A DNA stretch of 54,143 bases, taken from contig JAKIWO010000004.1 in the NCBI GenBank assembly GCA_022749995.1, forward strand, positions 1-54,143, written 5' to 3'. Of this stretch, positions 35,313-45,900 are shown piece by piece (position 1 is the first letter of the stretch; each line of letters begins with the position of its first letter). The position numbers were made by a program, and so were the translations under genes. The notes below the pieces were generated by a model. That model was not told the origin of the DNA. It searched no databases and saw nothing but the letters and a program-made list of their open reading frames with translations. The DNA comes from Thermoplasmata archaeon. GTDB taxonomy: Archaea > Thermoplasmatota > Thermoplasmata > Lutacidiplasmatales > UBA184.

Positions 35313-36881
35313 ATGCGGCGGACCCCGTTCTATCGAAGCGTGCTCTCGGCCGAGCCGCCGCGTAGCCCAAGTGAGCAGGAAACCGATGGATTCCTCGGCT
35401 ATCGCCGTTGGGTGCGACTAGCTCGGCGGTTCGCCCTCGAGCCTCAGTACCGGCGGCTCCGCCGCATCGTCCTCGTCGGCCTGCTGGTGCGGCTCCTCCT
35501 GGCCCCCGTCAGCTCCTGGGATTTCGACACCCCGGGCTTCGTGCTTTCCGGCATCTCGACCGTGTACACGGGCAACCCGTACGCATCGTCCCTCTGGGCC
35601 AATCCTCCGCTTGCTCCGTATCTGGCAGCCCCGCTGCTCGCCATCCCGACGCTCCTCTGGGGCCCCCAGAGCCTTGTGGCCGTTGCCTCCGGGGTCGCAC
35701 CGGTCACCGTGGTCACTGGCGTCAACGCAACCTTCCTGCCGAGCCCCATCGCGTTGCTGGCTTGGAAGCTGCCTCTCCTCCTGGCCGACCTGGGGGTTGC
35801 GCTCTTGCTCTATCTCCTGCCGCCGCGACTCGGGCTGCAGGTCCCGTTCTCGCGCGAGGGCCTCGCCGCGGCCTGGTTCCTGAACCCGCTGGTGATCTGG
35901 TCCTCGGCCGTTCATGGGGAAGTGGACTCGCTCGCCATCCTCCTCGTGCTGCTCTCACTCTACGCGGTCATCACCGAGCACTGGTACTCGGCAGGACTGC
36001 TCTTCGGGCTCGGGGTGTTCACGAAGGCCTACCCGCTCGTGCTGCTCCCGCTTCTCGGGGTGGCGGTCGCGCTGTGGCCCAGCGCGTCGCCTCCCCCACC
36101 GCGACAGTGGCTACGTCGGGCGGGCCGCCTCGCCGCCGGAGTGGCAGTCGGCGTGGTGGCGTTCCTCTCCTTCCTCCCCCAGACTTTCGGCTTGATTGTT
36201 TCCAAGGCGACCAATCCGAACTTCGGCGGCATGAGCCTGCTCATTCTCTACAATCGCATCGCGCCCGGGGGCGCCACGGGGCACTGGACGGTACCGACCT
36301 ACATCCCGACCGGCTTGGCGGTCCTCTCGGTGTTTCGGATCATGGCCGTACTGGCCGTGCTGCTCGGCGCCGGATTCTTCGCCTGGCGCTTGTGGCGCCG
36401 GCCCAGCGCGTCACGACAAGAACGGTTCCATTGGCTCTTCCTGGCCGCCCTCTGGGCGATCGTGGGCGTCCTCCTCTCCGACTCGGTTCCGCAACCCGAG
36501 AACGTTGTCGCGCTCCTGCCGCTCATGCTACTCACCCTTCCGGCCCCGGCCCGGTGGCGGAGGCTCGCTCCGTACGTTCTCCTCTCGGGAGCGGGGCTGC
36601 TGATGTATTGGGCGTTCCTTACGCCGCTGGCCATGCTTTACCCTGGGGCCGCGCTCGCCGGGCCCGCGGGGGTCGCCTGGGTGAACGGCGTCGTCCTCGC
36701 CTACGTCCATTCTCCCCTGCTCCACGGGGTCCTGATGACGTGCGCCGGGGTCGTCGGGGGGGCGATGCTGCTGCTCGTGTGGGCGCATTCCGGCTGGCTA
36801 CTCTTGCCCGAGGAGCTGCGCCCACGTCGGGGGGAGGTGAGCGGTGATCGGACGGCTCCGGCGCCCGCGACTCCGGTCTGA
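35313..36881 (+). CDS. GT-C fold glycosyltransferase (GT87/PIG-M-like)
   Basis: SWDFD...GNPY...ANPPL, WKLPLLLADL, WFLNPLVIWSSAVHGEVDSL, TKAYP; multiple TM helices. Confidence 0.8.
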   Translation: MRRTPFYRSVLSAEPPRSPSEQETDGFLGYRRWVRLARRFALEPQYRRLRRIVLVGLLVRLLLAPVSSWDFDTPGFVLSGISTVYTGNPYASSLWANPPLAPYLAAPLLAIPTLLWGPQSLVAVASGVAPVTVVTGVNATFLPSPIALLAWKLPLLLADLGVALLLYLLPPRLGLQVPFSREGLAAAWFLNPLVIWSSAVHGEVDSLAILLVLLSLYAVITEHWYSAGLLFGLGVFTKAYPLVLLPLLGVAVALWPSASPPPPRQWLRRAGRLAAGVAVGVVAFLSFLPQTFGLIVSKATNPNFGGMSLLILYNRIAPGGATGHWTVPTYIPTGLAVLSVFRIMAVLAVLLGAGFFAWRLWRRPSASRQERFHWLFLAALWAIVGVLLSDSVPQPENVVALLPLMLLTLPAPARWRRLAPYVLLSGAGLLMYWAFLTPLAMLYPGAALAGPAGVAWVNGVVLAYVHSPLLHGVLMTCAGVVGGAMLLLVWAHSGWLLLPEELRPRRGEVSGDRTAPAPATPV

Positions 36882-38004
36882 TCTCGCGCGGCTCGCTACC
36901 GTCGGCTCGCTCTTCGTCGTGGCGGTGCTGGTGCTTCAGAGCAGCGAAGGACCGGGTGCGCTCGCCTCCGCCCGCGTCGCCAGCTGGGCAGGGCTTCCCG
37001 GCGGCACGCTGCAGGTCACTGTCGAGGTGAGTTCGCATCGGCCCTGGCCACTGCCCATCCGCGCAGCGCTGCTGCCGGTGGTGTTCGCACCGACCGCCAC
37101 CTCAGTCTACGTGCTCGAGGACCCGAATTACCCGGCCCTGTTCGGTACTACACCGGAAGTCGCCGCCTTGGTGAGCTTCCTCGGTACCGAGTTCCAACGC
37201 TTCGGTTCCTCCACGACGATCGCGACGCTCGACGCGGCCCAGCTACCGGACTTTCTCTCGGGCAACCGCAGCGCCACCCTGATCGTGGCCAACTACGGTT
37301 GCGTCCCATCGGCTGTCCTCTCCAGCCAGAACGACTCGCTCGGGTCCTGGATCCGCGCAGGCGGTCGACTGGTCTGGGCGGGTGGCCCCCTGGGCTACTT
37401 CGAGGAGCCGGCCGCATCCAGCGCGGGTGGCCCGCTGCCCGGAGGGATGGGGTGGGCCGGCCAAGTACGCCTGCTCGGCTTTCCGCTCGCGGACCCGCTC
37501 CCTGTGGGCAGTGAGGGACCGCAATCGATCAACAGTAGCCCGATGCTGGGAGTCAGTCCGTCCCCCCTCGCCGAAGGACTCGGGTTGGCGTACAACGGCA
37601 CACCGTTCGGAGCGAACGTGACCGAACTGACGGCACACGGGGGTCTCTCGCTGGGGTTCGAGTCGGCTCCCCTCTCCTCAGGGGCTGCGGCGCGAACTTC
37701 GATCGCCTATCTCCCCGTGGGCAACGGTTCCTTGGTGTACTTCGGGGGTGCGGTCAATGACCCGGCCAGTCAGTACGTGCCCGAGGGCGGGGTGCGGTTG
37801 GCGCAGGACGTGGCTGTCCTGCTCGCCTTCCCTTTCACCCCGACGCCGGGTCCCGTCGACGTTCGGAATTTCGACCTCGGCCCGTTCGGCACCCAGCAGG
37901 TACTCTTGCAAGCGACTCCCCCGGTCCGCTCGGAGGGAGTGCTGGTCCAGAGCAACGTGGCGGGCGCCGTACTGTTCGCTTGGGCACAGGCTGTACCCTA
38001 CTAG
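36844..38004 (+). CDS. Hypothetical exported/membrane-anchored protein
   Basis: N-terminal hydrophobic helix; WIRAGGRLVWAGGPLGY resembles a class I GATase-like fold segment; overlaps the upstream GT gene. Confidence 0.65.
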   Translation: MIGRLRRPRLRSDLARLATVGSLFVVAVLVLQSSEGPGALASARVASWAGLPGGTLQVTVEVSSHRPWPLPIRAALLPVVFAPTATSVYVLEDPNYPALFGTTPEVAALVSFLGTEFQRFGSSTTIATLDAAQLPDFLSGNRSATLIVANYGCVPSAVLSSQNDSLGSWIRAGGRLVWAGGPLGYFEEPAASSAGGPLPGGMGWAGQVRLLGFPLADPLPVGSEGPQSINSSPMLGVSPSPLAEGLGLAYNGTPFGANVTELTAHGGLSLGFESAPLSSGAAARTSIAYLPVGNGSLVYFGGAVNDPASQYVPEGGVRLAQDVAVLLAFPFTPTPGPVDVRNFDLGPFGTQQVLLQATPPVRSEGVLVQSNVAGAVLFAWAQAVPY

Positions 38005-38052
38005 TCGCACCGCCGGAGCGTGGTATCGCCGAGACGCCCGGGAGCCCGTCGT

Positions 38053-40836
38053 CTACTGGCGGCGGCGTGGCTCCGGTGCGCGCGTGTCATCGATTGCCGG
38101 GCCGACCACCATTCGCAACGCTGGGAACGCTGCGGCGATCAAAAGGAACGGAGCCACCGTTGCACAGAAGACTCCTACGAGGTAGTACCGATCCGGAGCG
38201 TACTGCGAGATCGTGAGCTCGTCGAACCGGAGGTTCAGGCCGTAGGGGCCGGCGCTGTACTTGCCGAAGCCGAGCTGGCGGGTCGGGGCGGGGGAGCTTC
38301 GGCTCAGGTTGTCGACGGTGAACGTCGTGCCGCTCGATCCGCTGCGGAGTGAAAAACGAACCTCCGGCGTCGGGACGGAGACGTTGGTGAAGTTCGCGCC
38401 TTGCTGGAGCGCGAAGGCGAAGGAGGGGACGATGGGGGGCATGGAGGGGGAGACGTAGAGGGCGGTGGCGTAGCCGGTGAAGGAGTTGCTGGCGGAGCCG
38501 GGGTAGGGAGGGGAGCCGACGAGAAGGTCGGTGGAGCCGTTGAGGAAGAGGGGGAGCGGGAGGGAGGCGAGAAGGCCGTCGATGTCGAAGGAGAGGCCGG
38601 TGGGGGTGGGGTGGAGGATAGCGAAGCTCCACTGGTCGAGGGGGAGGAGGCCGCCAAGGGAGAGGAAGCGGGTGGTGTTGTGGGTGAGGAGGCCCGAGTA
38701 GACGAGCAACGTCTGGCTGCCATCGCTCGAAAGGAGGAGGGAGGACTCAGGCCCGTTCAGGTAGAGTGGGACGGTGTCCGTAAGTCCCCGGCTGTGCGGC
38801 TCGAAGGAGAGGAAATAGTATCGGTTGAGCCAGGACCCTGGAGGGAACTGGTAACTCGCGTACGCCTCGGAGTTGTAGTACCCAACGGCCGCCGCCTGAT
38901 CGGGCGGCACCGAGCTGTTGCTGCTCGCCCGTACTCCCGGGTCGGAACCGGGCCGGACGAGGCTCCCGGCGGCAAAGGAGGGAGCGCTGGCGTTCTGGAA
39001 CCAGAGGCTGAACGGCGTGCCGTTGACCGCGAGCGTCGAGCGCGGAGCCGTACCATCGAGTTGAATCGTGCCGGCGATCGCGGTTCCGGTACCGTCGTAC
39101 CATCGGCTGAAGGCCAACGGCGGTGCCTTGGCCGAGATCTGCACGGTATTGCCGCTGAGCGTGTAGGTCTCCGACGGGATCGGGCGCACTACGTTGCCCT
39201 CGGGCGGCACGTAGAGTGGGAGCATCGCGTAGACGGGGACCTCTCCGCTCCCGTGGTAGTTGAGCAAGTCAGGCGCGCTGGCGTTGAACAGGAGCGAACC
39301 GGCCACGACGAGCACCAACACCACCCCCACCATCGCTAGCGCTCGCCGGCGCGGACCCGAGGGGCGAACGGCCAGCGCGCTTCGAGGGAGACTGGGCGGG
39401 AAGAACGGCCGAGCGGGGTCGGTGCGGCCGTAGAGCGCCAGGATGAGGAACGAGAGTGCGATGCCCGTCGCCGTCAACACGTTGAACAGTTCGAGGAAGA
39501 GCTGCACCTGGGCCGGCGTGGTCAGCACGCGGGGATTCGAATGGAACAGGTCATACCCCCAGAGGAACGGGCCCACCCCATCGGGCTGTCCATTGGTCAG
39601 GCTGAAGCTGATCAATAGCAGGCCGAGGGCGGGATACGCCAGCAACCCGGCGAGCCGGGTGAATCTCGCGGCGGACGGGCGCCAGCCGAGGAAGCTAAGG
39701 AGGGCGAACGGGAAGACGAAGAGGTAGTTGTCCGGCGTCGGCACGGAACTGGTGAAGACGAAGAGCGTCGCCACCACGAACAGCGTCGACGGTTCGGTAA
39801 ATCGGAGCTGGCGCAGTACGAGCGGGAGGGCGAAGGCAATCCCCCCGAGCAGGACCAGATAACAGTTCGCGGAGAGCGGAGCGAAGTACTGGAAGCCGAA
39901 GTACGCGGCCCGATTGAGGCCGCTCGTCGACCCCACCAATGCCCCGGTGTACTTCCCCAGGTTCCCGTCGAAGGCGTACACGCTGGCGGCGAACAGCGCC
40001 GCGAAGATTGCCGAGAAAGCACCCAGCTCGACCAGGAGCTCCCTTCTCGAACGGGAGTAATACAGGAGGGTCGGAACGAGCACCAGCGCCAACCAGTAGA
40101 AGAACACCGAGACGGCGATCAGGGCGACCGCCGCCACGATACGGGTCGATTCTGGAAGTGCAGGGCTGCCAAAGCGCAGCAGCACGTAGCCGACGGCCAC
40201 GAAGGCGATGGGGACGATGTCGTACTCCGTCCAAACGTAGCTCACGTAGAGGAGAAGCGGGTTCGCCAGCACGAACACGCCCACCCCGGTGGCGAACGAC
40301 CCGCCCCGCGGGCGAGCTACTCGGTAGAGTCCGTACGCCAGCCACGCGGTAAGTACGAAGAAGATGACCTTGAGCGCTGTGTACGCCGCGTAGAGCTGGT
40401 AGCCGGAGCCGACGTACGCGAGGTGCGCCGGCACGAACAGGGCATAGATGAACGGCCCGGCGACCCAGCCGTTGTACGTTGCAGGCGGCGCGGCGCTAGT
40501 GAAGTGGGAGCCGACCGATAGTGCGAGCGGGATATTGTTGGGGTCGTAGAACGGCAGGAAGAGGAAGAATAGATTGACGAGCAACGCGACAAGAAGAGCG
40601 GGTCGTGCGAGAAGCTGCAGCGCGGTCGTCGAGATCCAGCGGGCTCGGCTCCGCAGCCACCCTTTGAGTCTCCGATCGATCAGAGCCGATGCTGTCAGTG
40701 GAATGGCGATGCCCTCTATGCTTCCGGCGCCCGTCGAGGCGGCGGATCCATCGATTCGCGCACTCCCCTGGGCGGCAAGCCCCACCGTGGGGCGCCGACG
40801 CGACTGGGTATCTCCGAGAGGCACTGCTGGGCTCAT
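38053..40836 (-). CDS. Large membrane protein: GT-C-like polytopic domain, extracellular beta-rich (LamG-like) domain and C-terminal TM
   Basis: FYDPNNIP, WVAGPFIYALF, ANPLLLYVSYVWTEYD, PDNY, QPDGVG; paralog of 41966-44653. Alternative ATG at 40872. Confidence 0.75.
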   Translation of the reverse strand: MSPAVPLGDTQSRRRPTVGLAAQGSARIDGSAASTGAGSIEGIAIPLTASALIDRRLKGWLRSRARWISTTALQLLARPALLVALLVNLFFLFLPFYDPNNIPLALSVGSHFTSAAPPATYNGWVAGPFIYALFVPAHLAYVGSGYQLYAAYTALKVIFFVLTAWLAYGLYRVARPRGGSFATGVGVFVLANPLLLYVSYVWTEYDIVPIAFVAVGYVLLRFGSPALPESTRIVAAVALIAVSVFFYWLALVLVPTLLYYSRSRRELLVELGAFSAIFAALFAASVYAFDGNLGKYTGALVGSTSGLNRAAYFGFQYFAPLSANCYLVLLGGIAFALPLVLRQLRFTEPSTLFVVATLFVFTSSVPTPDNYLFVFPFALLSFLGWRPSAARFTRLAGLLAYPALGLLLISFSLTNGQPDGVGPFLWGYDLFHSNPRVLTTPAQVQLFLELFNVLTATGIALSFLILALYGRTDPARPFFPPSLPRSALAVRPSGPRRRALAMVGVVLVLVVAGSLLFNASAPDLLNYHGSGEVPVYAMLPLYVPPEGNVVRPIPSETYTLSGNTVQISAKAPPLAFSRWYDGTGTAIAGTIQLDGTAPRSTLAVNGTPFSLWFQNASAPSFAAGSLVRPGSDPGVRASSNSSVPPDQAAAVGYYNSEAYASYQFPPGSWLNRYYFLSFEPHSRGLTDTVPLYLNGPESSLLLSSDGSQTLLVYSGLLTHNTTRFLSLGGLLPLDQWSFAILHPTPTGLSFDIDGLLASLPLPLFLNGSTDLLVGSPPYPGSASNSFTGYATALYVSPSMPPIVPSFAFALQQGANFTNVSVPTPEVRFSLRSGSSGTTFTVDNLSRSSPAPTRQLGFGKYSAGPYGLNLRFDELTISQYAPDRYYLVGVFCATVAPFLLIAAAFPALRMVVGPAIDDTRAPEPRRRQ

Positions 40837-40991
40837 CGGTGAGCACTCGAGGAACGGGCCGAGGCCCGCCATAAGTTAGTGCCCAGCTACTGCCGATTCG
40901 CGGGGCTTGGTGCAAAGGCGAGAGTGTCAACGTCTAGGATCCATCGCCGCGGCCTGAGAGGCGAGTGTCCGCACTAGCGCGCCCTGGTGCT

Positions 40992-41969
40992 TCAGCGCGC
41001 GGAGGGACCGGGCGGGGTTCGGCCCGACCCTGCAAGGGCCGCCACGATCGCCCGAACCCGTTGGCCCCTTTCAGGGAGCAGCGCGACGGCACCCGCTGTC
41101 CCGATCCACATGGAACCCAGGATGGCGAATGCCGTTCGACGATCATGTCGCCAGCAGCGCCGGGCGCAGACCGTCGTGTCGCGGACCAGGTGGTAGGTAC
41201 GGTTCGGCGAATACCCGCGGACGAGCTTCGACCGGCCCGCCCAGGAAATGCGTGTCGGCACCCCTTGCTGGTGCCAAAGTTCCGCCCTCACCGCCTCGAA
41301 GAGATGGAAGCCCCTGGCCCGTAGTCGAATGCCCAGATCGTAGTCGACCGCGTCCAGGAAGAGCTCCGCCGCGAACCCACCGGCCTCCTTCGCCGCTGGA
41401 ACGCTAAGGAGGAGTCCCGAATTGATCAGGGTGAGCCGTTCCCGGACGAATTCGTCGCGGTACAGGCGGCGCGCTCGGTAGGCCCCTTCGTAGTGCGACT
41501 CAGCCAGTCGTCGGAGCCCGGTCTTCGGGTTCAGTTCGAGCGTTACCCGCTCTCGATTCCGGGCATTGACCGCCCCCACAGAAAACTGCGGCCGGAGCCG
41601 ACCAAATTGTCGCCGCATCTCCTCCAACGCGCCACCCGCGAGCTGCGAGTCCTGGTCGAGCAGGAGGACGGACCCGAACTGCTGCGCCGCCGCTTCGTCT
41701 AGGCCGGCCTGGTAGGCCGCGCTCAGCCCCTCGTTGCGCCCCGGCGACTTGCGAAGCAGACGGTCCCAAGGCAGCTCTGGCGCGCGCTCGCGAAGCGTGG
41801 CCACCAGGCGATTGGTCGGTCCGGGGTCTTCGCTGTTGTCCCAGAGCAGCACCCCGTCCGCCTGGACGAGCGCCGCGCTCAGCCCCTCGGCCAGCTCCGG
41901 ACCCGGTCGGTACGCGACCAGCACGGCGAGCACGCGGCCGGGTTCGGCCGGAAGAGAGTCGGCGGTCAC
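40992..41969 (-). CDS. Glycosyltransferase family 2 (rhamnosyltransferase-like)
   Basis: LVAYRP, WDNS, NEGLSAAYQAG, LLDQDS, LINSG, LFLDAVDYD; GTGA overlap with the upstream gene. Confidence 0.88.
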   Translation of the reverse strand: MTADSLPAEPGRVLAVLVAYRPGPELAEGLSAALVQADGVLLWDNSEDPGPTNRLVATLRERAPELPWDRLLRKSPGRNEGLSAAYQAGLDEAAAQQFGSVLLLDQDSQLAGGALEEMRRQFGRLRPQFSVGAVNARNRERVTLELNPKTGLRRLAESHYEGAYRARRLYRDEFVRERLTLINSGLLLSVPAAKEAGGFAAELFLDAVDYDLGIRLRARGFHLFEAVRAELWHQQGVPTRISWAGRSKLVRGYSPNRTYHLVRDTTVCARRCWRHDRRTAFAILGSMWIGTAGAVALLPERGQRVRAIVAALAGSGRTPPGPSAR

Positions 41970-44653
41970 GGGGACCGACTGCGAGAAGAGGCATTCCACC
42001 CGCGGGTCGTCGGCCGGCCGGATGCGGGCGGGTCGAACACCCGGCGTAGCATAGGCAGCGTCAGCGCGAGCAGGAGGAACGGACCCGCGGTCGCCCAAAG
42101 GACGCCGACGAGGTAGTAGCGGTCGGGTGCGTACTGCGAAACGGCAAATCGGCTGAGGGTGAACTCGACTGAGTACGGGACCGACCGGAACTTGCCGAAC
42201 GCCACCTCCGTGGTCGGCACGATGGAGCTCATGGTCAGGTTGTCCACCGTGTAATGTGTGCCGGTGCTGGTGCTGTCGATGACGAAACTGACCTGAGGCG
42301 AAGCTAGGGTCACGTTGGTGAAGGAGGAGCCCTGCTGGAGATCGAACGCAAACGATTCTACGATGGGAGGCGAGGCGAGAGTGACGTACAAGGCCGTGGT
42401 GTTTACGGCGGAGGACCGATTGGCGGAACCGTGCGCCGGTGCGGACCCGAGCAGGAGGTCGGTAGACCCATTAACGAACAGCGGGAGCGGGACGGAGAAG
42501 AACTGACCGTCGAGGTCAAGGGAGAGGCCGGTAGACGACGGGTAGAGAACGGCGAAATTGGATCGGTCGGGAGAAAGGAGACCGCCGAGGGCGACGGACC
42601 GGGTAGAATTGTGGGTGAGAAGTCCGCAGTAGAGGAGGAGGGTCTGGTTCCCATCGCTCGTCAGCGCCGCGAAGGCCTGCGGACTGTCCAGAAAGAAGAG
42701 GACCGTCTCGTTCGGTGGGGGGTCTCTGGGGAAGAAGTAGAACGTGTAGTAGCGATTCAGCCACGACGAGGCAGCGAAGTGGTACCCCGTGTACGCCAGC
42801 GTTTCATTGAATCCGTGCGGGGCACTCCGATCCGCCGCGGGCGTCGCGTTGCCGTCGGCCGCCACCGCGGGTCCCGACGTCGGAGTCTGCGCGGTCGAGC
42901 CCGAGAGATTGGGCGAGCTCCCGTTCTCGAGCCAGAGCCGGAATGGTAGCCCATCGATCGCGAGCGCGGCGCGCGGAATAATCCCGGAAAAGCCCACGCT
43001 ACCTCCGATCGTCACGGCGTCACCTCGGAACCAGCGGTTGAAGGAGAGGGCGGGGGCGGAGCCGGCTACGTGTACCGTGTTACCGTCGAGCGCGTAGGTC
43101 GCGTTCGGGATGGGCCGGACGACGTTGCCGTTGGGCGGGAGGAAGCTCGGGAGGAGCTCGTCGACCGGCGCGGGCCCCACCCCCCGATAATCGACCAGGT
43201 TCGGCACCGCGGCATTGAAGACGAGGGAGAGCACGGCGATGATCGCGAGTATGCCGACTCCTCGCACCGCCGGACGCCTCCAGCGTCGGAGATCGCCCCC
43301 GGTGGGTAGGGCGACAGGAGAGTCCTCCGGTCCCGTCGGTGGAAGGAGCGGCCGGGCCGGCTCGGTGCGGCTGCGCCGGGCCAAGAGGAAGAAGGAGCCG
43401 CTTATCGCGGCGACTACGAGGAGATTGAACACCCAGTAGAAAGCGGTCAGCTCGGCATGAGTGGTGAGAGGATGCGGGCTCGCGTGGAAGAGGTCGTATC
43501 CGAACAGGAACAGCCCGACCCCGTCCGGTTGCACGTTGCTGATGACGACGTTGATCAGCAGGAGTCCGACGACCGGATAGCCGAGCAGCCCCCAGAGCCA
43601 GCGGAATCGGATCTGGGCCGGCTTCCACAGGAGGAAGCTGAGCACGGCGAACGGGAAGACGAACACGTAGTTGTCCGGCATCGGGATGGCGCTGGTGAAG
43701 ACGAACAGGGAGACGACGATGAACAGGGCTGCCGGTTCGGTGAACCGGAGCCACCGGAGGACGAGCGGGAGCACCAGCCCAATGACGGCCGCGACCCCGA
43801 GGTAGACGGGGAGCGGCAGCGGCAGGAAGAACTGAAGGCCGAAGGAGTCCGATCGATTCAGTGTGATGTTGGAGCCCACAAGCGAGCCGAGGAATGCGGG
43901 GAAGCTGCCCGCGAACGCGTAGACCGTGAAGGCGAGCATCGCACCGAACACCCCGATGAACGCCACCAACTCCCGGAGCAGCTCTCGCCGGGTCGGGGCG
44001 TAGTAGAGAAGGGTCGGGACGAGGACTAGAGCGAACCAGTAGAAGTACACCGAGACGGCAATCAAGGCAACCGCCGAGAGCACCCGGGTCCGGTCCGAAA
44101 CGGAGGGACCCGAGTGCCGCAGGAGCAGGTATCCGACCGAGACGAACGCGACGGGCAATATGTCGAACTCGGTCCAGATGTAGCTCACATAGAGCCACAG
44201 CGGGTTGGCGAGCACGAAGGCGGCGGTCGCGACCGCCAGCGACTCGCTCCGCGGGCGGACGTATCGGTACAGGGCGTAGCTCATCCACGCGGTGCACCCG
44301 AAGAGGATCGCCTTCAGCGAGGTGTACGCCGCATTTAGCTGGAAGCCGGAGGCGACGTAGGCGAGATGCATCGGGATGAACAGTGCGTAGATGAACGGCC
44401 CGGCGACCCAGGTGTTGTAGCTCGACGGCGGAAACGCGCTCGTCAGGTGGGCGCCCGTGGACAGAGCCGTCGGAATGTTGTTCGCGTCGTAGAACGGGAG
44501 CAACAGGAACACGAGGTTCACGAGGGCCGCCACGAGAAGGACCGGTCGGGCGAGGAGCCAGCGGACTGGTCGGACCAGGCGGGCGGCCGGCACGAGCCCG
44601 TGGCCTGCCTCGGTGCGCTCCAGCACCGCGGGCTCGGCCGGGGAGTCGATCAT
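41966..44653 (-). CDS. Large membrane protein: GT-C-like domain, extracellular beta-rich domain and C-terminal TM (paralog)
   Basis: FYDANNIP, WVAGPFIYALF, ANPLWLYVSYIWTEFD, PDNY, QPDGVG, SQYAPDRYYLVGV; ATGA overlap with the GT2 gene. Confidence 0.78.
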   Translation of the reverse strand: MIDSPAEPAVLERTEAGHGLVPAARLVRPVRWLLARPVLLVAALVNLVFLLLPFYDANNIPTALSTGAHLTSAFPPSSYNTWVAGPFIYALFIPMHLAYVASGFQLNAAYTSLKAILFGCTAWMSYALYRYVRPRSESLAVATAAFVLANPLWLYVSYIWTEFDILPVAFVSVGYLLLRHSGPSVSDRTRVLSAVALIAVSVYFYWFALVLVPTLLYYAPTRRELLRELVAFIGVFGAMLAFTVYAFAGSFPAFLGSLVGSNITLNRSDSFGLQFFLPLPLPVYLGVAAVIGLVLPLVLRWLRFTEPAALFIVVSLFVFTSAIPMPDNYVFVFPFAVLSFLLWKPAQIRFRWLWGLLGYPVVGLLLINVVISNVQPDGVGLFLFGYDLFHASPHPLTTHAELTAFYWVFNLLVVAAISGSFFLLARRSRTEPARPLLPPTGPEDSPVALPTGGDLRRWRRPAVRGVGILAIIAVLSLVFNAAVPNLVDYRGVGPAPVDELLPSFLPPNGNVVRPIPNATYALDGNTVHVAGSAPALSFNRWFRGDAVTIGGSVGFSGIIPRAALAIDGLPFRLWLENGSSPNLSGSTAQTPTSGPAVAADGNATPAADRSAPHGFNETLAYTGYHFAASSWLNRYYTFYFFPRDPPPNETVLFFLDSPQAFAALTSDGNQTLLLYCGLLTHNSTRSVALGGLLSPDRSNFAVLYPSSTGLSLDLDGQFFSVPLPLFVNGSTDLLLGSAPAHGSANRSSAVNTTALYVTLASPPIVESFAFDLQQGSSFTNVTLASPQVSFVIDSTSTGTHYTVDNLTMSSIVPTTEVAFGKFRSVPYSVEFTLSRFAVSQYAPDRYYLVGVLWATAGPFLLLALTLPMLRRVFDPPASGRPTTRGWNASSRSRSP

Positions 44654-45663
44654 GCGATCCCAAGGTGCTGGGCGGTCCTCCGAGCATGTTCGGCGTACCA
44701 CCGGCGCTCCAGGCCCGGCGCTAGCGTGCGCAAGGCGAGCCCGGCCACCGTGCGGCTCACGCTGATGCCCGCATCTCCGGCGATCCCACGGCGGAGCAGC
44801 CCGGGGAGCCGCCGGGCAGGGAAGGGTGCCTCCTGCGGGTCGGCGGCCAAGGCGAACAGCGCCTGTCGCTCCAGGAGCTCTCCCTGGGCGAACGGCGCGA
44901 TCGGGCTGCCGTCGGCCATCTTGACGATCCGTTCGAACCCGTCGACGATGGAGCCCCACTTCCGCCGCTCGCGCTCGAAGAACTCGGTCGAGCCCGTGCT
45001 CTCCCAGGAGGCGCTCCAGTGCAATCGGTAGTACGTGAGAGGAGCCGGTTCGTTGCGCAGCGCAAGCGGCGCAACCAGCGCGGAGTAGAACAACAGGTTG
45101 TCGCAGGTCAGGTTCGTCTCGGCCAGATGTGGCAAGGCGGAGGCGATCGCCTCCCGCCGCAGGGCGATAGAACTCAGATTGAAGTAGGCGCTCGCCCGGA
45201 GCAGCCACCGGACGGCCCTCCGGGACCGGTCCTTGGGCGCAACGTCGATCTGCCGTCGGCTCTCGGAGCGGAAGCTCCCGGCGAGGGGAAGCCCTTGCCG
45301 GTCAACGAGTTGTGTGGCGTTGTGGAGATAGCCCAGCTGCGGATCCTCGAACGCCCGGCGCACACAGGCGAGCCGGTCCGGTGCGTACAGGTCATCGTCC
45401 TCCAAGAAGGTGAGGACCTCGCCGCGCGCGGCTGCGATGGCCTCCGCCAACTTGCCGCCCAGCGCGTCGCGGTCGCTGCGAAGCAGCTGGACCCCCTGCG
45501 AGCGTAGGAACCGGTCGGTCTCCTCCTCTTCGAAGTTCTTGACGACGATTAGCTCGTACTCGCTCCGGGAAAGGCTCTGTCCAAGCACCGACGCCACCGC
45601 CGAGCGCAGGAACTCCGTCCGATGGTGGGCTGGTAGAACGACGGTAAGCGCCGGGGCGGACAT
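44650..45663 (-). CDS. Glycosyltransferase family 2
   Basis: TVVLPAHHRTEFLRSAVASVLGQ...ELIVVKN...FLEDDDLY...FNLSSIALRR...LTYYRLH. Confidence 0.9.
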   Translation of the reverse strand: MSAPALTVVLPAHHRTEFLRSAVASVLGQSLSRSEYELIVVKNFEEEETDRFLRSQGVQLLRSDRDALGGKLAEAIAAARGEVLTFLEDDDLYAPDRLACVRRAFEDPQLGYLHNATQLVDRQGLPLAGSFRSESRRQIDVAPKDRSRRAVRWLLRASAYFNLSSIALRREAIASALPHLAETNLTCDNLLFYSALVAPLALRNEPAPLTYYRLHWSASWESTGSTEFFERERRKWGSIVDGFERIVKMADGSPIAPFAQGELLERQALFALAADPQEAPFPARRLPGLLRRGIAGDAGISVSRTVAGLALRTLAPGLERRWYAEHARRTAQHLGIA

Positions 45664-45900
45664 CGCTGCGACGCCGTGGACGGGGACGGGCTCCCATTAA
45701 GGTACTCTTCCTCGACGGGGGGCCACGCCGGAGAACTCAGCTTGGCCGATGGATGCTCCGCCGGTCCGGACAGCCCCGAGTCCGCGAGCGAGAGCGCCTC
45801 GGAGCGGAACTCCGGGTGGAGCGGTGAAACTAAGGTCGCTCGCTGCACTAGATGGCTCGCGCGGCGGTTGACGACCGCTCGGAGGAGGAAGCGGCGTACA

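Noticed and set aside
38401-39339. 312-aa Glu/Gly-rich plus-strand ORF
   Set aside because: Antisense by-product of the C-ending codon patch in the minus-strand membrane protein gene.
44654-45208. N-terminal extension of the 1080-aa ORF
   Set aside because: It overlaps the GT2 gene in another frame; the ATGA overlap at 44650-44653 and the paralog alignment set the start at 44653.
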